A DNA stretch of 64,000 bases from Octopus sinensis (GCF_006345805.1 NC_043020.1:7688001-7752000); one strand, 5' to 3'. Shown: positions 12,225 through 25,674, counted from the stretch's first letter. Notes: generated from the letters alone by a model not told the origin. Numbers and translations are program-made.

Positions 12225-12423
12225 TAATTTCAAATTTTTGGCACAAGGCCAACAGTTTTGGGGTAGGGGCTTAGTCAATTTATATTGACCCCAGTGCTCA
12301 ACTGATTCTTATTTTATCAACCTCCAAAAGGAGGAAAAGCAAAGTTGACTTTGACGGAATGTGAACTCAGAATGAAACAACAGACAAAAGGCTGCCAAGC
12401 ATGCTAACTATTCTGCCGGCTTG

Positions 12424-12464
<41 letters not shown>

Positions 12465-12850
12465 TAAGGAATTTTAATAATGGTTTGAAATCGTGGCTCT
12501 AGGCCAGCAATTTCGGTGGAGAGGGTAAGCCAATTACATGGCCCACAGTACTTAGCTGGCACTTACTTTATTGACCTTGAAATGGTAAAAGGCAAAAATG
12601 ACCTTGATGGAAATTGAACTCTGAATGAAAAGCTGCTAAGTATTTTGTCTGGCATACTAACAATTTTGCCAGATTACCCTCTTCAATAAAGATAATAATA
12701 GTTTCTATCGTAGGACCAAGGACTAGAATTTTAAGGAAGGGGCTGGCCAATTACATTGGCTCTCCACCTGGTTTTGACTTTTATTTTAGCAACCCCAGAA
12801 GGATGAGAGACAAAGTTGACCTCTGTGATTGTGAATCTAGAAGTGAACAG
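12225..12850 (-). mobile_element. Three degenerate family D SINEs in tandem with (AAT)n linkers
   Basis: Repeated GGCACAAGG..AATTT..CCCCAGT..GGATGAAAGGCAAAGTTGAC..GAACTCAGAA units. Confidence 0.75.
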
Positions 12851-13489
12851 CCACTTTTGGATAAAACTACCTTGCAGTATTTCTAGCTTTTCACGTTTTG
12901 AATTCAAAGCATGCTGAAGTCAGCTTTGCTTTTCATCCCGCCAGGGTTGATAAATAGAATAAAATGACATACTAGTCAAGTGCTGAGGTTTGATGTACTT
13001 GACTAAACTCTTCTTCCATTGTATTATAGTGGCCAAGTGAGTGTTCTGCAAATACTTCAACCCTTAATGTAACCCTTAGGCAGAATAACCATGACATTGT
13101 CTATGACAAAGCTGGCTCCTTTGAATTACAAGTATAGTTCATGCACATACATACATACACATGCAAACACACACATCACACACTCACATGTACATGCATG
13201 CATATGGACATGGACGCGCACGCACACACACACACACACATATTTAGAACTTCCTAGTCATTATATTTGTTTTGAATTTTGGCACAAGGTCAGAAATATT
13301 AGGGGAGGAGTGACTCAATCACTTCAACTCTGGTGTCCAACAGGTACTTACTTTATTGACCCTGGAATGATGAAAGTCAAAAGCTGACCTTGGGAGCATT
13401 TGAACTCAGAACACAAAGTTGGAAGAAATGCTACTAGGAGATTTTTCTGGTGCAGTAATGATTCGGCCAGCTCGCTGCCTTAGTCCTTA

Positions 13490-13810
13490 TGCATTATATT
13501 AAGTGGCTGAGTATTCCACAGACAATTTTACTCTTAAATAATTCTCATCCTGAATTAATATGAAAGTAACCTTCTTGAGTATTGCCGACTCATAAGGACT
13601 GGTTTCCCGGTTTCCATGGCGTATAAATTCTCCACTTCAAAGGGATTCCTGTCCATTACAGGATTTCTCATTTTTGCCAGCTGAGTGGACCAGAGCAACA
13701 TGAAATGAAGTGTTTTGCTCAAGAACACAGTGCATTGCCCAGTCCAGGAATTGAAACCACAATCATACGGTCATGAGTCCAACAGCCTAACCACTAAGTC
13801 ACACACCTCT
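13490..13810 (-). mobile_element. SINE head B2 + tail T2 (degenerate)
   Basis: Reverse complement gives GACTTAGTGGTTAGG...TGTGTTCTTGAGCAAAACACTTCATTTC...CAGCTGGCAAAAATGAG, then ATGGAAACCGGGAAACC (T2 motif). Confidence 0.7.
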
Positions 13811-14134
13811 ACTAGAATTAATGTGAATATGAGTTTGACAAGACTTGCCCTTTGACTTCCACTGGGCTTCCACATAGCTTCTATATAAGCCCAAGGTTTA
13901 CTCATAGCTAGGCAGGAGTCTATCTGGGGCTTTGGAAGCAAACACCGAAACCTACCCAACCCTAAGCCCCATCCCCAACCCCAAAGTTGTGTGTGGTAGG
14001 ATCAAACCTAAAATCTCATGTCTGCAAAGCAAATTTCTCGGCATTGCAGACATGCTTGCATCACACGTACATGTGTAAATATACACATATATACAATCAC
14101 ACATACACAGATACATGCGTACACATGCACACAC

Positions 14135-15216
14135 ATGATCTTACACTCATGCACACACACACACATGCACGCGTACTCACATACGCATGCACATACACGC
14201 ATGCACTCACACACACATACACACACACACATGATCTTACACTCATGCACATACACACTCACACATGCACACACACTCACATACACATGCACATACACAC
14301 ATGCACTCACACACACATACACACACACACATGTACATGTACACACATGATCTTACACTCATGCACATACACACTCACACATGCATGCGTACTCACATAC
14401 ACATGTACATACACACATGCACTCACATGTACATGTACACACATGATCTTACACTCATGCACATACACACTCACACATGCACGCGTACTCACATACGCAT
14501 GCACATACACACATGCACTCAGAGACACACACACACACACACACATGTACATGTACACACATGATCTTACACTCATGCACATACACACTCACACATGCAC
14601 GTGTACTCACATACGCATGCACATACACACATGCACTCAGAGACACACACACACACACACACATGTACATGTACACACATGATCTTACACTCATGCACAT
14701 ACACACTCACACATGCACGCGTACTCACATACGCATGCACATACACACATGCACTCAGAGACACACACACACACACACACACATGTACATGTACACACAT
14801 GATCTTACACTCATGCACATACACACTCACACATGCACGCGTACTCACATACACATGTACATACACACATGCACTCACATGTACATGTACACACATGATC
14901 TTACACTCATGCACATACACACTCACACATGCACGCGTACTCACATACGCATGCACATACACACATGCACTCAGAGACACACCAACAACACACACACACA
15001 CATGTACATGTAACACATGATCTTACACTCATGCACATACACACTCACACATGCACGCGTACTCACATACGCATGCACATACACATGCACTCAGAGACAC
15101 ACACACACACACACACACATGTACATGTACACACATGATCTTACACTCATGCACATACACACTCACACATGCACGCGTACTCACATACGCATGCACATAC
15201 ACACATGCACTCAGAG

Positions 15217-15249
<33 letters not shown>

Positions 15250-15478
15250 CATGTACACACATGATCTTACACTCATGCACATACACACTCACACATGCAC
15301 GCGTACTCACATACGCATGTACATACACACATGCACTCAGAGACACACACACACACATGTACATGTACACACATGATCTTACACTCATGCACATACACAC
15401 TCACACATGCACGCGTACTCACATACACATGCTGTCACACATACACACACACATACATGTACATGTACACACATGACT
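14135..15478. repeat. Minisatellite, 12 units of 96-126 bp, mostly alternating purine-pyrimidine
   Basis: The anchor ATGATCTTACACTCATGCAC occurs at 14135, 14231, 14347, 14443, 14561, 14679, 14799, 14895, 15017, 15135, 15261 and 15373. Confidence 0.95.
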
Positions 15479-15492
15479 ATGCTTCCACATAC

Positions 15493-15543
15493 ATGCTGCT
15501 GCTGCTGCATCACATGTAGTTTGAAGCAATCATCGGAATCCAT
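15493..15543 (-). CDS. Candidate first coding exon MDSDDCFKLHVMQQQQH (phase 0 donor), product unknown
   Basis: ATG at 15543, 17 codons, donor CAT|GTATGT. The upstream region is unique sequence with locally enriched CpG and an (AG)n tract, resembling a 5' UTR. Confidence 0.3.
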
Positions 15544-15730
15544 TGAGAAAAACAACTCAACAAACACCAGTGTTGGTTGTAGAGTGTCTTCTTATAGACT
15601 TGCTCACAAGAGGCTGTCAGTTACTGCTGTCACCTGCAGCTGAACGCTGGGGCTGCAAGTCCGTTGCATGTCTCTTCTGCCAACATCACCACACAGCTCT
15701 CTCTCCCCACCACACAGCTCCCCCACCACG

Positions 15731-15769
<39 letters not shown>

Positions 15770-15951
15770 TGCACATCTTCAAAGGGAAACAAATCACTCG
15801 TGAAAAATCGAAACAGTCTCGTGCGAGACAAGTACATTGTCGCTTTCTTGATGCTCAGTTTAGCTTGAAGAACTGTCTTCTCTATTGAATTCCTCCTTTT
15901 CTTTGCACTCGAACGAAGCTGAAGGAGGGAGGGAGGGAGGGGTAGAGGGAA

Positions 15952-15986
<35 letters not shown>

Positions 15987-16324
15987 GGGGTGGGGGTGGA
16001 GAGAAAGAGGAAGGATGCAAGGCGAAACAGTAAATAGGAAAATAAATGAATAAAAAAAGGAGGAAGAGGACTTGTGAGTGCTTAACAATAACTACAACAA
16101 CAAAATTAAGGTAACAACAACAACAAAAGGTAACAACAAATAATGATAACAACACCTTAACATAAACAGCAACTGTTGTGATGAATAGAAATGAAATCTT
16201 TTATTTTATTGTGTCGGCATGGTAGTTTGAGAGGAAAGCATAAGAAAAAGGATTTGGAGATAGTGTGATGTTCATGCCTTTCCTGGAAATGATGAAATTG
16301 GAGCTCCATTGGCTATGATGGCAA

Positions 16325-16620
16325 GAGTTGCATTTGGTTTGATCAACAGAATAGCTTGCTCATGAAATTTATGTGCAAGTGGCTGAACGCTCCACAGACA
16401 CATGTCATCTTAACATAGTTCTTAGGGAGATTCAGTGTGACACAGAATATGACAAGGCTGGCCCTTTGAATTACAGGTACAAATTTTTGCTAGCTGAGTG
16501 GACTGGAGCAATGTGAAATGAAGTGACTTGCTCAAGAACACAACATACTGCCAGGAATCAAACCCATGACCTTACAGCTGTTAGCTGAACACCCTAACCA
16601 CTAAGCCAGGTGCCTTCACA
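16325..16620 (-). mobile_element. SINE head B2 + tail T1 (degenerate)
   Basis: Reverse complement aligns with 2891-3225. Confidence 0.8.
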
Positions 16621-17001
16621 GAAATGATGGAAGGTAGTGTTGACCCAGCAGGATTTGACTTGGGGACATTAAGGATCATATTGGCTAACATATTGGTTTA
16701 CATATCCTGAAACGGACAATATGGTCACAGCTGGAACGTCTTTGGTCAAGGACTTGCTTGATCAGAGCAGATATTGTGTAAAGCAGCAACATTAACATAC
16801 AAGTTCAGTCATCTCTGCGGAAATGCTATTCACCAATGCTGTCATTGTTATCATCGTCATCATTTCATCATCATTGATTTTTAATCTATTATCTCACAAG
16901 TTCAAATCCCAGCAGGCATTTTGTTGTCTCTAAGGCAGGATAGTTAAAATAGTGTCATAATAATCATAATCTTCATTCTTGCTTTAATATTTCTTCTTCC
17001 T

Positions 17002-17860
17002 AAAGTGGCGAGCTAGGACAAATAGTTTGTGGTATTTCGTCTGCCGCTACGTTCTGAGTTCAAATTCTGCCAAGGTCGACTTTGCTTTTCATCCTTTCGG
17101 GGTCGATTAAATAAGTACCAGTTATGCACCAAGGTCGATATAATCGACTTAATCCGTTTGTCTCTCCTTGTTTGTCCCCTCTGTGTGCTGCCCCTTGTGA
17201 GCAGTAAAGAAATAAACATTAGCATGCCAGGCAAAATACTTAGCAGTATTTCATCTGTCTTTATGTTCTGTGTTCAAATTTCACCAAGGTCAACTTTACC
17301 TTTCATCCTTTCAGGGTCAATAAATTGAGTACCAGTTGCATTCTGAGTCAATCTAATCGACTGGCCTCCTCCCCCAAAATTTCGGGCCTTGTGCCTAGAG
17401 TAGAAAATAATATTTCTTCTTCCTGTGATGTGTTGACAGAATCATTACTGCACCAAGAAAATTGCTTAGTGGCATTTCTTCTGACTTTATGTTCTGAGTT
17501 CAAATGCTGCCAGGGTAGACTTTGCCTCTCATCCTTCCAGAGTACCATTTGAACACTGGGGTTAATGTAATTAACTTATCTCCTCCTCTGAAATTGCTGG
17601 CCTTGTGCCAAAATTTGAAAGCTATATTTCTTCTCCCTAAGGCATCAAGCTGGCAGAATTATGAACACACCAGGAAAAATACTTAGTTGTGTTTTGTCTG
17701 CCTTTACATTCTGAGTTCAAATTCTGCTGAAGTCGACTTTGCCTTTCTTCCTTTCAGGGTTGATAAAACAAGTACCATTTGAGCACTGCGGTCAATGCAG
17801 TCAACTTATCCCCTCCTCATAAATTTCTGGGCTTGTGCCAAAATTTGAAACCAATATTTC
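17002..17860 (+). mobile_element. Tandem cluster of four family D SINEs
   Basis: Repeated GTTCTGAGTTCAAAT...GTC(G/A)ACTTTGC.TTTCATCCTTTC.GGG(G/T)TC..TAAA..AAGTACCA units. The first copy has the long tail CCCCTTGTG..CAGTAAAGAAATA. Confidence 0.85.
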
Positions 17861-17899
17861 TTCTTTACTGGTAAGGGCTGGATAGATAAACAACACAGC

Positions 17900-18060
17900 A
17901 GGGCACCATTTGTACTGCTCTTGTAACATATTGTCTGTAAAGCCCAGCATTTCTGAGATCTGACCTCAGTATTTCTTTCAATGTCTTCTGAGTCTTCCTC
18001 TGTAGTTAGGATCACTCCATAGGCATCACATTGCACTTTTCCCATTGGACCCTCTTCATG
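17900..18060 (-). mobile_element. Very decayed RTE-like LINE 3' coding remnant
   Basis: Minus frame QRKTQKTLKEILRSDLRNAGL loosely resembles the RTE C-terminal RGRP.KTW.....DL...GL motif. Confidence 0.35.
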
Positions 18061-18502
18061 TCACATAACCATGCTCTTGCTCTCTTTCTCTCTCTCTTCT
18101 ATACTCTCTCAGCTATAGGGACCACTTTAGCTCCTTAGCTTTGTAAGTTATGAGGTGATCATCCAGAGTGTTGATGCCACAAAAAAAAAAAGCACCCACA
18201 ACACTGTAAAACGGTTGGCATTAGGAAAGGTTTCCAGCCATAAAAAACTATGTCAAAGTAGATATTGTAATATGTTATAGTGCTCTAATTTGTCAGACGG
18301 ATCCTCTTAAACTGTTCAGCAGGGGAGCCAGTTGTTGATGATGATGTCACAATACCACTGCAGTTGAATTATCTATGGAACCTCTACTGTTGATGAACTT
18401 TTGAGTGATTGGTCTAACATTGGGTGGTTGGTTTAATTTTAACACAACTATGACCACCACTGCAACCACCATCACCATCACTTGATCTTTGGGTGTCTTT
18501 AA

Positions 18503-18723
18503 CCCTTTGGCATTTAAACCGGCCATATCCGGCCAAAAGTATTCTGCTTGTTCTATGTTCGAACTGGCCATATCTGGTCTCTCACACCAACCCTACAATA
18601 TCATCTTAAAAATTAACAGCTACCTCATCAAAATCTCATAACTTCAAGATAATGCATGATTAGTTCACAACAATGTGGATAAAAAAGCATTAATTTTGGC
18701 AGAATAATGCAAACACTAAAGGG
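18503..18723 (+). mobile_element. piggyBac-type MITE with TTAA target duplication
   Basis: TTAA|CCCTTT...AAAGGG|TTAA (TTAA at 18499-18502 and 18724-18727). A related copy lies at 24572-24917 in the opposite orientation. Confidence 0.8.
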
Positions 18724-18842
18724 TTAAGCTGAATTGACTTTGTTGCCAATATTTGGAACAGACCCGTTTCTTCCTAGCCCACACTCTCTTTATTCCTGCT
18801 GATTTGTAAATATTTATTCAGGGAGGGTGGGCATCAGTCACA

Positions 18843-18980
18843 TTAACCTTTAAAATGGTTTTAGATACATCATGTCACTGTATGAGTTTTCTCTCTTCTC
18901 AGTGCGACATAATGCACCTTTAGCTACAGGGGAGAAAACTCTTACAGTGCCATGATGCACCTAAGTGTGTTAAAGGTTAA
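18843..18980. mobile_element. TTAA-flanked fold-back MITE
   Basis: TTAACCTTTAA / TTAAAGGTTAA termini, plus inner arms 18868-18893 and 18932-18957 that match at 24 of 26 positions. Confidence 0.75.
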
Positions 18981-19168
18981 TTTCACAGGTCCTATTATCA
19001 TCATCATCATCATCATCATCATCATATTTTTTTTCCATATTGACGTGGAGTAGGGAAGTCTATCCCAGCACAGCATAATACCAACTGTTGCTCTGCCATG
19101 TTTCTTGTTGTTTTTTTGTTTTGTGTGTGGTGGTGGTGGGGGTGGGGGGTTCTGGAACGAGTCCTTAC

Positions 19169-19261
19169 CTCTTCTTTCATCATCTTCCTCAGGCTTTCCT
19201 TCAGCCTTTCTCTTCCATAGGCTCTTTCTATCTGGGTCATATATGTTAGTCCCAGTTGCAT
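19169..19261 (-). CDS. Candidate first coding exon MQLGLTYMTQIERAYGRERLKESLRKMMKEE (phase 0 donor), product unknown
   Basis: A-rich context CCAAAAATG, 31 protein-like codons in unique sequence, strong donor GAG|GTAAGG. Confidence 0.4.
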
Positions 19262-19847
19262 TTTTGGCTTATTTGTTTCTGTGTGTGTGCGCGCGTGTGT
19301 TGTTGTTGTTTTGTTTTTTGTTATGGCTGGATACCCTTTCAGTCACCAACCACAAAAAGCAATTTAACTGGTGCATTTTATTGTGCGATCATCATCCACT
19401 TACCTATCTATCTACCCTCTAACCCTAACCCACACAACTACATACCAAGCCACATACCTACCTCTCTACTCTCAATACGGTCATTGTATTTTTCTGAAGA
19501 TCAATTTCCTCTTTATTAATCTTTCTTTCATTTATTGCTTTCTTCTTCTAGAATACTCGCTCCCTACACTCCACCCTTACATACACGCATCACTGCCATC
19601 ACCACAACCACCACCACCACCACAACCATCATCATTACCACCAATACCAACACACATTACAATCTATACAGTGGAAATAGGAAATAGCTACTGAAAGCCT
19701 ACATCTATTGCACTAATAAATGTTTACATAATTGCTATTATTAAATCAGCGCTCTCCCCCTTTACAAAAAAAAAAAAAAGAAGGAAGAGAGAAAAAGCCA
19801 AGAAAAGAAAGGAAGCTAGTAGTTTCTTCTCTTCATTTTTTTGATAT

Positions 19848-19890
19848 TGTATTAATAATAATAATAATGATAATAATAATAGTAATAATG

Positions 19891-19921
<31 letters not shown>

Positions 19922-20052
19922 TAATAATGATAATAATAATAGTAATAATAATGATGATGATAATAATAATGATAATAGTAATAATAATGATGATAATAAT
20001 AATAATAATAATAATAATGATAATAGTAATAATAATGATGATGATAATAATG

Positions 20053-20086
<34 letters not shown>

Positions 20087-20118
20087 TAATAGTAATAATA
20101 ATGATGATGATAATAATG

Positions 20119-20149
<31 letters not shown>

Positions 20150-20236
20150 TAATAGTAATAATAATAATAGTAATAATAATGATGATAATAATAATAATAA
20201 TAATAATAATAGCAATAATAATAATAATAATAATAA
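19848..20236. repeat. Compound (AAT/GAT/AGT)n array
   Basis: Direct reading; source of the poly-I and poly-L ORFs. Confidence 0.95.
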
Positions 20237-20735
20237 CCATTTCATTCTTGCCACAAAGGCTATGAACAAAGAAGTAATAATAATAATGATTAGTTTAGGA
20301 GCCACAAGGGAAGACGGACGAGAGCCACCACAGAATGAACGTGCAGTGAGAATGGTGAGGGACGGTTTTCATAGAGAAGATATATTGAAATTGTGTAAAA
20401 TAACAACAACAACAACAACAACAACAATAATAACTGAATCATCATCATCATCATCATCGTCGTCGTCGTCATTCTAAGTGGTAGCTTGAGTTGTTGTTGA
20501 TTTCTTTCTTGTACTGTTTTATTAACTCTTGTTAGATATTGCTGAGGGTTCACCAAGACCAAATCATTGTCTTGCAATGCCATACTGGTGCCTTGGCTGC
20601 ACTGGATTTACCGAACTTATCATTATCCTTATTATTAATAGACAAAAAATAAGAAGAAATTAGTATTAATATTAATAAAATATTACTTTTTTTTATCATT
20701 ATCAAAAAGTTAGAAACAATTATTATCATTAGTAC

Positions 20736-20790
<55 letters not shown>

Positions 20791-20957
20791 GAGTGAGAGA
20801 GCAGTTCATGCCATCAAAGTGACACTGGGGTAAAATATACGAAGCCCAATATACCCATCATGACTATTATTATTATTATTATCATTAGTACTATTATTAT
20901 TATTATTAATATTATTATTATTATTATTATTATTATCATTATTATTATTATTATTAT

Positions 20958-21440
20958 TAAGGCAGAGAGCTGGCAGAACTGTTAGCACACTGGATAAAAT
21001 ACTTAGCGATATTTCGTCCATTGCTATGGTCTGAGTTCAAATTCTGCCAAGGTCAACTTTGCTTTCATCCTTTCAGGGTCGACAAATTAAGTACCAGTTG
21101 AACACTGGGGTCAATGTGTCAGGCCTTGTGCCTATTATTATTGTTATTATTATTAAGATGGTGGGCAAAATTGTTGGCGCATTAGATAAAATGCTTGGTG
21201 GTAGTTCTTTTGGCTCCTAATGTTCTTGAGTTCAAATCCCACCAAGGCTGACTCTGCCTTTTATCCTTTTGGGTTTGATAAAACAAGTACCAGTTATGTC
21301 CTGGGACTTAACCTGCTCCTCTCAAAACTGCTAACCTTGAGCCAAACATTTGAAATAATTATTATGATTATTATCAAAAGGTGGTCAGATGACAGAATTG
21401 TTAGGATTTTGGGCAAAATGCTTAGCGGCAGCATTTCTTC
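20958..21440 (+). mobile_element. Family D SINE cluster preceded by (ATT)n
   Basis: ATTATTATTAAGGCAGAGAGCTGGCAGAA head; two near-complete units and one head fragment. Confidence 0.8.
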
Positions 21441-21446
21441 TGGTTA

Positions 21447-21843
21447 CTCTTTTACTTGTTTCAGTCATTTGACTGCGGCCATGCTGGAGCACCGCCTTTA
21501 GTCAAGCAAATCGACCCCGGGACTTATTCTTTGTAAGCCCAGTACTTATTCTATTGGTCTGTTTTGCCGAACTGCTAAGTGACGGGGACGTAAACACACC
21601 AGCATTGGTTGTCAAACAATGCTAGGGGGACAAACACGGACACACAAACATATACACACACACATATATATATATACATATATACGACAGGCTTCTTTCA
21701 GTTTCCGTCTACCAAATCCACTCACAAGGCATTGGTCGGCCCGGGGCTATTGCAGAAGACACTTGCCCAAGGTGCCACGCAGTGGGACTGAACCTGGAAC
21801 CATGTGGTTGGTTAGCAAGCTACTTACCACACAGCCATTCCTG
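21447..21843 (-). mobile_element. SINE family A, full-length copy
   Basis: End-to-end match to the family A consensus seen in this window. Confidence 0.9.
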
Positions 21844-22311
21844 TTCATGTTCTGTATTTCAATTTTTTTACTGAGGTCAGTTTTGTCTTCCATCCTTTGA
21901 GGATCAATAAAATAAAATACCAGTCATGTACTGGGGTCGACGTAATCAACTTGCATCCCTCCTCAAAATTGCTAGCCTTGTGCCAGAATTAGAAAGTTAT
22001 TACTATCTTTAATACTAAAAAGATAATTAAGAAATTATTATTATTATCGTTGTTGTTGTTGTTTATGTTGTGGTTGGAATCCTTTGCTTTCCATGTGTTT
22101 TGTGGTGGCCATCTTATCTTGTCTTTTGTGAAAAGTAATCTACTTTATCTAATTAGAAACTATCCTTTCTCCACTGTCACCACCGTCATCAATGCTGCCA
22201 CCACCACCACCACCACCTTTACTCTCAGTGTCCTTTCCTTTCATCTTCTTTCCATCTTTTCTTCCTCTATTCCATTTCTTTCCTTCTTTTTTTCATTTAA
22301 TATGTGTGGAT

Positions 22312-22376
22312 ATTATATATATATATTATATATATATATATATACATAAATTTATATATATATATATATATAATAT

Positions 22377-22413
<37 letters not shown>

Positions 22414-22456
22414 CATATATATATATATATATATACATACATTTATATATATATAT

Positions 22457-22491
<35 letters not shown>

Positions 22492-22540
22492 TATATATAT
22501 ATATATAGCATACATTATATATATATATATATATGCATAC

Positions 22541-22575
<35 letters not shown>

Positions 22576-22611
22576 CATTTATTTATATATATATATATTA
22601 TATATATATAT

Positions 22612-22662
<51 letters not shown>

Positions 22663-22670
22663 CCACACAC

Positions 22671-22703
<33 letters not shown>

Positions 22704-22712
22704 CATATATAC
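22312..22712. repeat. (TA)n-rich microsatellite
   Basis: Direct reading. Confidence 0.95.
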
Positions 22713-24571
22713 ATATAACTTTCACTCATTCTTAACTTTCTTCCTTCCTTGTCTTATTATCTTTCTTTCTTCCTTTTTTCTTCAGTTTTCCTCACCAATT
22801 TTCCTTCTTCCTTTACTTTTATTCTGTCTATGATTTCATATCTTTCACTCTCCTTCCTTTTATTTTCTTCCTTTCTAACATTGTTTTACATCTTTTTCTC
22901 CTCACTCTCTTTCTTTGCAATTTTTTTCTTCTCTGCTCACATTTCAATTTTTTCTTCATAATTTTTTCTTCTTTTGTTGTCTCTCATTCATTCTTTTCTT
23001 CTTTGTGTCATTCACCTTCCTCATTTCTTTTTTCATCTTTCTTTTTTTCTTCATTGTTTCTTTCATTCTTTCTTTATTGTGTCATTCATTCGTCTTTCCT
23101 TCTTTGTATCTTTCATTTATTCCCTCTTTCTTTTTTTCTTTCTGGCTTTCCTCTATTCCTTTTTCACCCTCTTTTCTTTCCATCTTTGTGTCTTTCATTC
23201 ACTCATTCATTCATTCATTCATTCTTCTCTCTGCCTTCCTTTCTTCTGCTCATGTTTTCTTACTCTTCTTTCTTTCCATCTTTCTCTCCCGCCCTCCTCC
23301 AGCCTCCTTTACTTTGCAATTTAGTTCTTTTTCTTTAACCACATATATATATTTTTACACCCCCTTCCATTCACCCTTTCCTACCTAACTCCCACCTCCA
23401 CCCGGTACTGCTTCCATTGCTACTAAATATATACATTCTCTAAAAACTCATCAGACGATGTTACTACTAAAACAGAATATTGGTTTCAACTAATATTCTG
23501 TTATTCTCTCATTCAGTTATACAAATAAAGACACACTGCTTGTCTCTTTCTCTCTCTCTTTCTCTATATTTCTGTCTGTCTGTCTGTCTGTCTCTTTCTC
23601 TCTCTCTCTTTCTCTATATTTCTGTCTGTCTGTCTGTCTGTCTCTCTCTCATACAGGACATTTCATTGGATCAATACTAGGTCAGAATAGCATCATAGGT
23701 AGTTGTTGTTGTTTAACCATCGGTCAATTTTGACCAAGCACACTTAACTTATGTTTGTTCAAAGACATTCCAGCCATAACTATCACTGTCCTGTCCAGTT
23801 TGTTTGTTTTTTGGTAGTGTGATGTGGGGCTAGGGAGAGGTTATTTAAGGTGACCCTACCTTTCTAATATGTTAGGGATGGGATTTGTAGGAGATTTGGT
23901 TGCTATTCTAAGATAGTCGAGCAACCAAAATTGGCTTGTGCTCTCTAATGTGAATTGTAGTGGTGTGTGTGTGTAAGAGAGAGGAGTACTACATTTTTCA
24001 GGAAGGAAAAAAAATTATTGTTTGGATTTGATTCCTCAGTGAAAGTGGTTTCACTCAGCATGTTATTGCTGTTAAGGAAATTCATGACTACCTTATGTCA
24101 GTGCCTGTCTTCTACTTTATTTATTGACCTATACAGGTGAAAGTTAGTTGGCACTGAGGACTTCTGAACACAAAATAAAGGGAAGTACCAGTTCAGCCAT
24201 CCACTGTTCCAATTTAATTATTGTTTGTAATCCAGGTACAAGGTCAAAAATGTGGTGAGAGGGGAACAATCAACTACACCTTTGACTGATGCTATATTTT
24301 ATCAATCTCAGAAGAATGCAAGCCAAAGTCAGCCGTAATGAAATTTGAACTTAGAATACAAATAGCCTTTACTAAATGCTGCAAGGCATTTTACTTAATG
24401 CTCTGACAATTCTGCCAGTGTAAACTTCTTTATTTAACATGTTAACCACCTCTTGTACTACTGGTGGTTTATTGCAAATGTCACACAACCATCATATGCA
24501 CCACCAGTGGTACATTTTCATAATTTGAGAAAATATTTTATTCTGTATCTTTGACATGGTTTTAAGGATAA

Positions 24572-24917
24572 CTGTTTAGCATTCGGATTTCTTTGTCAAA
24601 TATATTGCTTATTTATTCACATTATTTTCACTTAAGCTTTATCTGAAAGCTTCAAGATTTCAATGGTGTCATTATCATCATCATCATCATCATCATCGTT
24701 TAACATCCACTTTCCATGCTAGCATGGGTTGGACGATTTGACTGAGGAGTGGTGAACCAGATGGCTGCACCAGACTTCAATCTTGATCTGGCAGAGCTTG
24801 TTTGTATATTTTTAGAATGACATTGTAGGGTTGGTGTGAGAGATTGGATCTGGTCAGTTTTAACATAAAACAGGTGGAATATTTGAGCCGGATATGATTG
24901 GATTAAATGCTAAAGAG
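24572..24917 (-). mobile_element. piggyBac-type MITE interrupted by a family C fragment (about 24671-24797)
   Basis: Both halves match the reverse complement of 18503-18723 (GACATTGTAGGGTTGGTGTGAGAGA...TAAATGCTAAAGAGTTAA). Confidence 0.7.
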
Positions 24918-25660
24918 TTAAATAACATGAATGCTAAATATTGAAGTTTAATTATGAAATATTGTAAAAATGCAAAAAATTACATTTCTCTGTAATTAAA
25001 CTGTATGCAGTGTGACGGGAAATATGTGGCATCACAACTAAGTTCCAGCAACAGACCGTAGCATTTACATGTTAAGATAGTAGGGTATGGAAGGAGATTT
25101 GGTTAGTATTTCTGGAAGGTTGAGCAGCTGTGTAGTGGATTCCTTAGCAATGTATAATAGTTCCTGTATCAATTTTTTTTTCCCCTTTTTTTCTATCAGT
25201 TGTGGCAGAATGGCCAACTGAGCTGCTCCCTACTCTTTTTGTTGATAAGTACTTCTCTGCTCTGCCCAGATCCCTGTACTTGCTCATGGAACCTTGTCAT
25301 TCCTGGAAATGGAGCCCACTTTTAGAATTTGATAGAGTTGTTGGTACTAATGAAGGTGATTCCAGAGACCACAGTGAATGTAGTAGCAGCAGTGTCTGTC
25401 TGTGATGAAAGAAGTGGTAGAGGTGATGGTTGCAAAGTTGGTGGTGTTGTTGTTGACGTAGCTTGTTTCCCTCAGGATTGACAAGCTCGGAAAATCCTTG
25501 CTGTTGTTGTTGTTGTTGCTCATTTTGTTTTCCTTGTTCTCTGTGTTGTTGTTGTTGTAAATGCTGCTGCTGCTGCTGGTTTTATTGTTTTTGCTGGGTT
25601 TTTTTTTTTCTTTTTTTTTTTTCGCTGATATTGTTTCCCAGCTGTGTTGTTTGTATTTTT

Positions 25661-25674
25661 GTTGTCATGGTAAC
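25661..25674. promoter_or_regulatory. RFX X-box consensus match in unique sequence
   Basis: GTTGTCATGGTAAC fits GTYNYYATRRYAAC. A G4-forming tract lies about 60 bp away (25735-25755). Confidence 0.4.

Noticed and set aside
14135-15478. CRISPR-like appearance (constant 20-mer with ~100-bp intervals)
   Set aside because: The intervals are copies of each other, not unique spacers; eukaryotic context and no cas genes.
19420-19432. Telomeric TAACCC repeats
   Set aside because: Only two units; expected by chance.
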